This document shows, one piece after another, positions 57,440-64,000 of a DNA stretch of 64,000 nucleotides. Under the pieces are notes generated by a model, which did not search any database, was not told where the DNA came from, and worked only from the letters and a program-made list of their open reading frames with translations. A program made the translations under genes and the position numbers. Source of the stretch: an uncultured archaeon (GTDB lineage: Archaea > Thermoplasmatota > Penumbrarchaeia > JASLWR01); the NCBI GenBank assembly GCA_964342815.1, contig CAYFHS010000005.1:88513-152512 (forward strand). The letters run 5' to 3'. The first letter of the stretch is position 1; the number at the start of each line of letters is the position of its first letter.

Positions 57440-58075
57440 ATGCGAAAATATTTCACCTGGCTAATGGGGAACAAGAAAATAAAATTCATTGCGGTGGACC
57501 TGCAGTACGATTTCACGAGGCCGGGCGGGGCGTGTTATTATCCGCGGCCCAGTGTCGGTTTCATCACGTCTGTTATTCTTCCTGCTCTCGCTGAAAGGGG
57601 TATCAGGGTACACGAGATAATTGCCGACTACCGGCAGCCGCGGCCCGGAGACCCTCGTGACATTTGTCGTCCCGGTGAATGGGGGTACCGCTCGGAGATA
57701 CCGGCAGAGGCGAGATATGACGATATCTGGATAAAGAGCCTGAACTCTCCTTCATGGACGAGAGAGAACGCCGGCGATCCGGACAGAACCTGCGGTCTTC
57801 CTGTTGCGGATCACGAAAATTTTACAAGCTGGCTTTATAAGGGTATAGGGCCGCCTGATGAAACGAAGGTCGTACTCTTCGGACTTACCCTGGACTGCTG
57901 TGTTCTCTGCACCGCCCAGGAACTTATGTTCAGGGGTTATTCCGTCCTTATACTGGAAGAGGGAACGGATACCCGCTCCGGCCACCGAACCGAGAAAGAT
58001 TATTTGCTGAACCGGCCGCCTTTGATCTACTGGGCGAAGCCTGTCAGGTGGAAGGATCTCATCGTTATGCTCTAA
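57440..58075 (+). CDS. Isochorismatase/cysteine hydrolase family protein
   Basis: IAVDLQYDF, WIKS and GLTLDCCV give the Asp-Lys-Cys triad pattern. Confidence 0.82.
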   Translation: MRKYFTWLMGNKKIKFIAVDLQYDFTRPGGACYYPRPSVGFITSVILPALAERGIRVHEIIADYRQPRPGDPRDICRPGEWGYRSEIPAEARYDDIWIKSLNSPSWTRENAGDPDRTCGLPVADHENFTSWLYKGIGPPDETKVVLFGLTLDCCVLCTAQELMFRGYSVLILEEGTDTRSGHRTEKDYLLNRPPLIYWAKPVRWKDLIVML

Positions 58076-58106
58076 TGAAATCTACCTGCATGGGAAACGA
58101 GATAGT

Positions 58107-60020
58107 CTACTCTTCATTCAGTACTTCTTCCTTAGTCTCGGGAGTATCTTCCGGTACTTCGTCCTCTCTCTCTTTTTCCGTGCCGGGTTCATTATGGACC
58201 TTGGTCGATGCATCCGGGGTCTCGATGGTTGTGATGGTATCGTCACCTTCAGGAGTGGTGGTCAAGGTATCGGACTCGTCCTCGTCCAGTTTCTCGGTGG
58301 GCTTGAGTGGAGTTTGCGTCTTCTGTTCTTCATCACCCTCTGCACTCCCCTTCTCCTTGGGTGTTTCGGGCGGCTCCTGTATCTCCGAGGAGACATCGAA
58401 GGATTCCTCCGTTTTCCCTGTTCCGTTAAATTCCAGTTCCGTCGGAGTTGTGGCAAATTGATCTTCTTCAATTACCTTGCCTATCCCCATGATGCTCTCT
58501 ATCTCGGCGTATCTGGCCTTCAGCTCGGCAATTTTTTGCTCGTATTTTGCGACCCTTTCGGTCCATTTCTCGATCTTCTCGCCGTTACCGACCCCGGTAT
58601 AATACTCCACCTTCACCTGGGCCTTTTCAAGCTTCCTTTCGAACTCGCCTAGATCCTCGGCGATCTTGAACGCTTCTCCTTCCTTGACTTTTGATATCTC
58701 TTCTTTGTATTCTTTGCTCTTAAGCTTGTGCTTCTCCTTCTCAACCTGTGCCTTCATGTACATCCAGAGGCCAGCAAGCAGAATGCATCCAATTATTCCG
58801 AATATAAATAATGACCAGTTTGGAATCAATGTCATACTGAAGGTGACGAACAGAAATGCGGTGAATATTGCCAGAGGGAAATAGACCCCCTTGTTCCAAT
58901 TATAGATCGTTTTTCCGGGATTCTTTCCCACCGGCAGCAGACTGTAAGTCACTCCAACGAGAGCTATAAATATAGCTGAATCCCCTATAACATTCAAATA
59001 TTCGTTCCCTGGCAGCAGTAAAAGTCCGAAGGGGAATAAAAATGCGATTCCCGTTAGCGTTCGTCCCGTCTCCGTCCTCGCCTCCCTGCGCTTTTTGATC
59101 TTCTTCCATTTCTTCTTTAGGGATTTATCTTTGAATTTCTCCTTCACGGGATCATAGGATTTGCCTGGGTTGCCAAAGGGTGAACCGAATATTGAAGAGA
59201 CGAACAGTATGACGAGGCCCATGGCCCAGATACGCCACTGGGATAGTATGTGCTGCAATCGATTGAAGAACATACTGGAAAGTTCGAGCCCGAGATTCAC
59301 CGCGGCCACCGACAGGAGGACAAGGGGTATGGCGATGAGGAAATCCTTGAAACTGAAACTTAGGATGCCTCCGCTCATGACCAAAGAATATGCCAAAGTA
59401 GTGATACCCATGGATATGATAAAGGGTTTGCGCATGTGCTTTGGGAAGAGTTCTCCCTTATCCCCGGCCATTCTTTTCGTCTTTCCTTTTTTGTGTTCCT
59501 TCTCCAACTCCTGTATGACCTTTTTATCGCCCTTTTCTTCAAGCTTCTGATCGATGGTGTCCTCAATTTTGTCTTGGATCATATCGGCCAAATCAAGCTC
59601 TCCGAGACCCTCGGCCAGCCCCTGGGACTTCTCTATCACCATCTCCCCGCTGTCGCCCAGGAAACTTCCCACCTTGTCAAAGAAACCCTCCAAGGCGGCC
59701 CCCAAACCACCGCCCCCGCCAGCTCCGCCTCCACCAGCACCAGCTCCTCCACCAGCTCCCCCTGCACCACCCGCTCCACCAGCACCAGCTCCTCCACCAG
59801 CTCCCCCTGCACCACCCGCTCCACCAGCACCAGCTCCTCCACCAGCTCCCCCTGCACCACCCGCTCCACCAGCGCCTCCGGCTCCACCAGCCCCCGCACC
59901 TGCCCCTGCACCACCCGCACCACCGGCCCCGGATCCTACCACGGAAATTCCCACCGTGGCTGCGCTCGCACAAAGAGTGACCGTCGCTAGGAGTACTGGA
60001 TTGATCCTGGCAATAATTAC
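58107..60020 (-). CDS. Downstream half of the amber-interrupted ORF: TM helix, Gly/Ala repeat, inactive M50-like multi-TM domain, coiled coil, acidic tail
   Basis: In frame with 60021..62582, with 22 sense codons between the TAG and the GTG at 59954. M50-like segments LELSS...FGNPG and SLLP...NPG...WN..VYF. Confidence 0.75.
   Translation of the reverse strand, partial: VIIARINPVLLATVTLCASAATVGISVVGSGAGGAGGAGAGAGAGGAGGAGGAGGAGGAGGGAGAGGAGGAGGAGGGAGAGGAGGAGGAGGGAGAGGGGAGGGGGLGAALEGFFDKVGSFLGDSGEMVIEKSQGLAEGLGELDLADMIQDKIEDTIDQKLEEKGDKKVIQELEKEHKKGKTKRMAGDKGELFPKHMRKPFIISMGITTLAYSLVMSGGILSFSFKDFLIAIPLVLLSVAAVNLGLELSSMFFNRLQHILSQWRIWAMGLVILFVSSIFGSPFGNPGKSYDPVKEKFKDKSLKKKWKKIKKRREARTETGRTLTGIAFLFPFGLLLLPGNEYLNVIGDSAIFIALVGVTYSLLPVGKNPGKTIYNWNKGVYFPLAIFTAFLFVTFSMTLIPNWSLFIFGIIGCILLAGLWMYMKAQVEKEKHKLKSKEYKEEISKVKEGEAFKIAEDLGEFERKLEKAQVKVEYYTGVGNGEKIEKWTERVAKYEQKIAELKARYAEIESIMGIGKVIEEDQFATTPTELEFNGTGKTEESFDVSSEIQEPPETPKEKGSAEGDEEQKTQTPLKPTEKLDEDESDTLTTTPEGDDTITTIETPDASTKVHNEPGTEKEREDEVPEDTPETKEEVLNEE
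59731..59873. repeat. Three perfect 45-bp tandem repeats encoding a Gly/Ala linker on the minus strand
   Basis: CCACCAGCACCAGCTCCTCCACCAGCTCCCCCTGCACCACCCGCT at 59731, 59776 and 59821. Confidence 0.95.
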
Positions 60021-62582
60021 CTAGTTCACTATATTCAACGAAATATAAGATCCACTGCTGTAAGTCTTGATGACCGTCTCATTTTTGCCGGAATAACCGT
60101 AAATGATCTCCAGATCCACCTCGCCATTCTCATAGTCAGTAGTATCAACCACAACATCGAAGATCCCGTTCTGCCAAGTTTCCTCATCATAATCACTGGG
60201 GGTAACATTGATCTCATGGTCGCCAATTTTAATGACAATGAATTTTACGTCGACGTCCTGAACAAAGGCTGAAAAGTCAATGGGAATTTTTATTTTATCT
60301 TTTACCTCATATAGATATTTCTCCTCTTTCGTCAATGTGAAATTAAACTCTTTCCCATCCATCGTAGTCGGGGGATTGATACTTGGATAGAAGGACACAG
60401 GTTCTGGGTCGGGGTCTGGATCAACAGGCTCTGGAATCGTGGGATCAATACCGAATTTATAAATCTCAGCAGTACCGGTACCGCCACCAAATAAATACGC
60501 AAAGTCCCCTTGGCTATCATAAGCCAGGGCCGTATCATCGTTTGTGGCGGGGATGCTTACTGATAGTATCTTGTACGTTCCATTCACAATGTCCATGTTA
60601 ATTATCTGCGTACCTGCAAATGCAATAATATTGCTACCGTCATAATATCCGACCATATTTTCCGTATTTTCAAGGTTATCATAATTTAGCAGGTAATCCG
60701 GACCTATAACAATGTTCCTTGTTTCATCGTCAATAGTGAAGTTCATCACGAAAATGTTAAGGGATTCGGCCCGTGCTACACTGTCAAGATACCCACCAAA
60801 CATATATATCATGTCATCAACTAGAACAGCTGTTTGCCCGTAGCGGTACGTCGCACCGGCCGGGGTGTTGTACTGGGTCAGGTTCTTGGTGGAGGGTTCG
60901 TATGCCCAGACCTCGAATGATGGCTGAGCAGGTCCCAATCCACCCATTAAATAGATATATTGGCCGTTGTAAACCGCCATGTTTTTGGTATTCAGCGGGG
61001 CATTCTGACTCGAATCTATGGTATCTGTGAGTGGTTCATATACCCAGAACTTCCCGGTCGGAATATTCGGGCTGCTGTAAAGATAAATCCCATAATCTGT
61101 GCTCACCGCTTTAAGATTGGATGCAGCATTTGGTAGCTTTGCTCCCATTGTGGTCGTGGTATCTGTGGAGGCATCGTACCGGTAGATGCCGTCCATCAAT
61201 GTGTCCCCGTCATCCAGACCGCCGAATATATAAGCGCTGCCGTTATGCCATACAGCACAGGCTTGCTTGAGGGGAACGGGGAGTTTTCCATTCATCTCAA
61301 GGGAACTCAGAGCAGGTTCGGCAGCCCCGGCGGTGATGGTAAATTTACTGCTGTAACCTGTAGCAACTCTTTGTTCCCATTCCTTTTCGTGAGTTACTAC
61401 TTTCAGGTAACAGGTGCTTGAGACGTTATTAGGTACTGTCCATGTGTATTGTTGTGATTCCCTGCTTTCAATTGTAGCTGTTGCGTTCACTACTAATTCC
61501 CAAGGTCCCCCCGTGCTGCTGTCAGAAAAATAAATATCCGAACTGGGCCCTTCCACTTGATTGGAAAAATTGATTATTATTTGAAATTCTTCACCTACTG
61601 TGAGAACATCGTTCAATGCGGGAGCAGAGACCGAAACCTCCAAGTCCTGCACCGCTCCCCCCTCGGATACCTCGCATTTAATTATACCGTCCCAATAATC
61701 TCCACTAGGCCCCCCTCCTTCATCATATGCCTGTCCACCGAAACAGTACCAGACATCGGAGCTAACTGAAGTAGTTCCCACAGCAGTCTTCATAAGGCCG
61801 GTAGGGAGCGTAGAGGCCAAGAGCTGGCTCGTACCGAGTCCCTCGTTGAATTCCCATATGTCCTTCCTTGGTCCGGCCCCCTCTCCCCCGAAGACGAAGA
61901 TGGACTGAGTAGTCATGACACCCGATGCCTTGCTTACGTTGGAATGGAAAGGTGTTCCCCATGATTCCACGGTCCCTCCGGGAGTCCACACGAAGACGTT
62001 GTTCTTAGTTGACATGCCATCGTGTCCACCTAAAAAGAACCAGTAGGTGGCGGATTTTACAAAAGTCATATCATACCTCGACTCCGGGAGACTGTACTGC
62101 TCCGTCATGGTGGCGTTCCCTCCAAGGGTGTATGGATAGGATTGGCAAATAGTATTTGGCTCTCCAATAGAGAATCCGCCGAATATCAGGATTTCCTCCC
62201 CGTAGATCCCACCTGATGCTCCGCGAACTGCGAAATACAGTTTATCCTCCAGCGTCTCCACATAGACCGGCCCCCCGGAATTCGGACTGATCTTCACGAT
62301 ATTGTTCGTATCCCCCGTACCGTTCACTCCACCAAGAACGTAGATATCGGTGCCATCGCTCACTACTACTGCATCGGCAACCGGGTTCGGGAGGGTATAA
62401 CCAGCCTCGCTTACCATTTCTCCCGTTGTGTCGAATATGTATATTTTATCCGAGTAGGTTTGAGCTGATGTCTGACCGCCGATGATGTAGTAATCCCCGC
62501 CGAACTCAACCGCACCGGCAGAATGCAAGCCCTGTGGTAGGATAGCTGGAGAGTGTGTTGGGGATCCGGCTAAATCCTTCAT
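60021..62582 (-). CDS. Kelch-repeat (two beta-propeller) plus Ig-like protein, ending at an in-frame TAG
   Basis: Repeated YY/IFxxGG...W/Y Kelch blades (YYIIGG, IYVLGG, AYIFGG, IYLMGG, IYMFGG); no signal peptide or TM in this half. Confidence 0.82.
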   Translation of the reverse strand: MKDLAGSPTHSPAILPQGLHSAGAVEFGGDYYIIGGQTSAQTYSDKIYIFDTTGEMVSEAGYTLPNPVADAVVVSDGTDIYVLGGVNGTGDTNNIVKISPNSGGPVYVETLEDKLYFAVRGASGGIYGEEILIFGGFSIGEPNTICQSYPYTLGGNATMTEQYSLPESRYDMTFVKSATYWFFLGGHDGMSTKNNVFVWTPGGTVESWGTPFHSNVSKASGVMTTQSIFVFGGEGAGPRKDIWEFNEGLGTSQLLASTLPTGLMKTAVGTTSVSSDVWYCFGGQAYDEGGGPSGDYWDGIIKCEVSEGGAVQDLEVSVSAPALNDVLTVGEEFQIIINFSNQVEGPSSDIYFSDSSTGGPWELVVNATATIESRESQQYTWTVPNNVSSTCYLKVVTHEKEWEQRVATGYSSKFTITAGAAEPALSSLEMNGKLPVPLKQACAVWHNGSAYIFGGLDDGDTLMDGIYRYDASTDTTTTMGAKLPNAASNLKAVSTDYGIYLYSSPNIPTGKFWVYEPLTDTIDSSQNAPLNTKNMAVYNGQYIYLMGGLGPAQPSFEVWAYEPSTKNLTQYNTPAGATYRYGQTAVLVDDMIYMFGGYLDSVARAESLNIFVMNFTIDDETRNIVIGPDYLLNYDNLENTENMVGYYDGSNIIAFAGTQIINMDIVNGTYKILSVSIPATNDDTALAYDSQGDFAYLFGGGTGTAEIYKFGIDPTIPEPVDPDPDPEPVSFYPSINPPTTMDGKEFNFTLTKEEKYLYEVKDKIKIPIDFSAFVQDVDVKFIVIKIGDHEINVTPSDYDEETWQNGIFDVVVDTTDYENGEVDLEIIYGYSGKNETVIKTYSSGSYISLNIVN

Positions 62583-62796
62583 TCCTTCCTATGCACCCAG
62601 GAAGACCCTATTGCTTTATCATGGTCTCAAGCTTATGGTATTTTCAAGCCATAGGGGGCGGAGATCCATTGGGTATTTTGAAGAGAGACCTTCGAGAATT
62701 CAAATAAGGAGATGATAATATCATTATATACATAGATTTTATATATATGAACATCTTCTTGAAAAAAGTAAGTTTTTGAATAGGAAGGCGTTGAAA

Positions 62797-62997
62797 ATGG
62801 AAAAAGATCAAAAGGAAGATGATAACGATTTAGTCGGTATGGATTTACCCCCTCTTCCTCTGGATGTGCCAGAGCCATTGGAAGGTGATTTTGATGAATC
62901 CTGGGGCGATGATGAACTAGACGATAATAACATTAAAGATGATCAAAAAGAAACTCTAGGAGAATCAAAATCCGCACCCTCGCCTCATTTCGATTAA
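62797..62997 (+). CDS. Small acidic, probably disordered hypothetical protein
   Basis: D/E/P-rich ORF (likely start MEKDQKED); no recognisable motif. Confidence 0.4.
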   Translation: MEKDQKEDDNDLVGMDLPPLPLDVPEPLEGDFDESWGDDELDDNNIKDDQKETLGESKSAPSPHFD

Positions 62998-63114
62998 TAT
63001 AGAGCACACTGGCAAAAAAAATGCGAAAGAGACCGCGGTGATAACGCTGAAAAACAAAAGCCTAAACAAGATCTCTAAAGCACTGGGATCATTCCTGGAC
63101 ATGGAGGTCCCCCC

Positions 63115-63429
63115 TCACTTTACTCTTACAGCTGTCCCGAAAGCTATCATCTCGGCCGCACCCTCCATGGTCTGGGCAGTCATGTACCTCATAGTTATTA
63201 CGGCGTTCGCCCCCAGGGCCTTTGCCTGTTTTATCATCCGATCGGTGGCGGTTCGACGGGACTCCTCCATCATCTCGGTATAGCCTCTTGCCTCGCCTCC
63301 TACCAGGGAGCGTAATCTTGCACCGATGTCCCTACCCACATGCTTGGTCTGGACACAGCTTCCGAAAACCACTCCCAGTACCTTTACGACCTCTTTTTTT
63401 GGAACTTCTTCCGTTGTTGTTACTATCAT
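63115..63429 (-). CDS. YbjQ/UPF0145 family protein
   Basis: HVGRDIGARLRSLVGGE...GANAVITMRY...FGTAV. Confidence 0.93.
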   Translation of the reverse strand: MIVTTTEEVPKKEVVKVLGVVFGSCVQTKHVGRDIGARLRSLVGGEARGYTEMMEESRRTATDRMIKQAKALGANAVITMRYMTAQTMEGAAEMIAFGTAVRVK

Positions 63430-63461
63430 TTTTTTCGCTCCTTTTTTTCATTTCTCTTTAA

Positions 63462-63569
63462 TCATAAAATAGATCCGCACCTGGTGCATTTGTAGCTTAC
63501 GCCGTCGATGAACTTGAGCTTGGAATTTCCGCATTTCGGGCAGCACGAACCGAAGCTCGCGGGTAACAT
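63462..63569 (-). CDS. 35-aa Zn-ribbon microprotein; not in the ORF track
   Basis: Manual translation MLPASFGSCCPKCGNSKLKFIDGVSYKCTRCGSIL (CPKCG...CTRCG); AGGTGA 10 nt upstream of the ATG. Confidence 0.7.
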   Translation of the reverse strand: MLPASFGSCCPKCGNSKLKFIDGVSYKCTRCGSIL

Positions 63570-63697
63570 CCAGAGATGCTCACCTTGAAATTTACATCGA
63601 GTTAGCTTTACTTATAACTTTCGACAAAGTTCGGTATTTTCATAAAGAACAGGATTCACAGGCGGCCTGGCTCGATCGTCTCCAAACCATTTGTGGA

Positions 63698-63868
63698 TTA
63701 CTGTACGCCTATCAAGCTTCCCATATACTCGACTATTTCAGTGTTCATATATTCTCGATACGCTTTCAAATATCGTGCCAATCGATTTTTCATATTTCTG
63801 TTTTGTAGATCCAATTCGGTTTCCATGGTCATAAAGATCATACTCCTCATCATACAATCTTGTGCCAT
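63698..63868 (-). CDS. Possible 56-aa hypothetical protein
   Basis: Manual translation MAQDCMMRSMIFMTMETELDLQNRNMKNRLARYLKAYREYMNTEIVEYMGSLIGVQ; co-oriented with its neighbours; no motif. Confidence 0.3.
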   Translation of the reverse strand: MAQDCMMRSMIFMTMETELDLQNRNMKNRLARYLKAYREYMNTEIVEYMGSLIGVQ

Positions 63869-64000
63869 CCTTTAGGTATCACTAGAAACCCGACCAGGAC
63901 GTTCGAAATCCGCCTAATGTTTCCGGTGATTCGAGCAATTATACATATTCCTCACTCGTCCAATAATAGTAAAACTTTCCCTTCTTCAATTCTGCCTCGA

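Noticed and set aside
60021-60023. Genome-wide TAG reassignment
   Set aside because: atpB, cobB, the Lrp gene and the HDAC gene end in TAG at lengths expected for their families.
59436-60024. Pro-rich and Ser/Thr-rich plus-strand ORFs (59554..60024, 59436..59990)
   Set aside because: Antisense shadows of the Gly/Ala repeat in the minus-strand gene.
63939-64000. C-terminal end of a minus-strand ORF (...EAELKKGKFYYYWTSEEYV*)
   Set aside because: Cut by the window edge and too short to identify.

Overview
Archaeal chromosomal window, most likely Thermoplasmatota. This is inferred from the rpl37ae-rpoP-pcc1-pfdB-DHH gene order, aRF1, A/V-type ATPase subunits and many PKD/Ig-like single-pass surface proteins. 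Housekeeping and metabolic genes: thiL, Lrp/AsnC ligand-binding protein, rpl37ae, rpoP (missed by the ORF track), pcc1, pfdB, a DHH phosphoesterase, aRF1, carbamate kinase, a CNNM/CBS protein, an HDAC-family deacetylase, atpA/atpB, thiolase, Sir2/CobB, a SerA-like dehydrogenase, tRNA-Ser(GCT), acyl-CoA dehydrogenase-etfB-Fd/etfA, M50 and S8 peptidases, an isochorismatase-family hydrolase and YbjQ. No CRISPR array, transposase, integrase or rRNA was seen. The strongest unexplained signals are: (1) a nested, multi-helix, non-coding element at ~24111-24420 with a ~95-nt minimal homolog at 26116-26209 that lacks a 149-nt internal domain, plus a second palindromic motif shared by 14141-14174 and 35670-35701 with a compensatory base-pair change; (2) a 1491-codon Kelch/TM/Gly-Ala/pseudo-M50 reading frame interrupted by a single in-frame TAG; (3) a set of receptor-like single-pass proteins whose cytoplasmic or membrane effector domains look catalytically dead or scaffold-like (HRD-to-HRH kinase, HExxH-to-LELSS M50, adaptin-ear-like/TerB-like tail, Zn ribbon); (4) a stand-alone atpA-atpB pair with no other ATP synthase subunits; and (5) a duplicated etfB 5' end forming a 32-codon upstream ORF. 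All family assignments come from motif recognition by eye; no database searches or folding programs were run.
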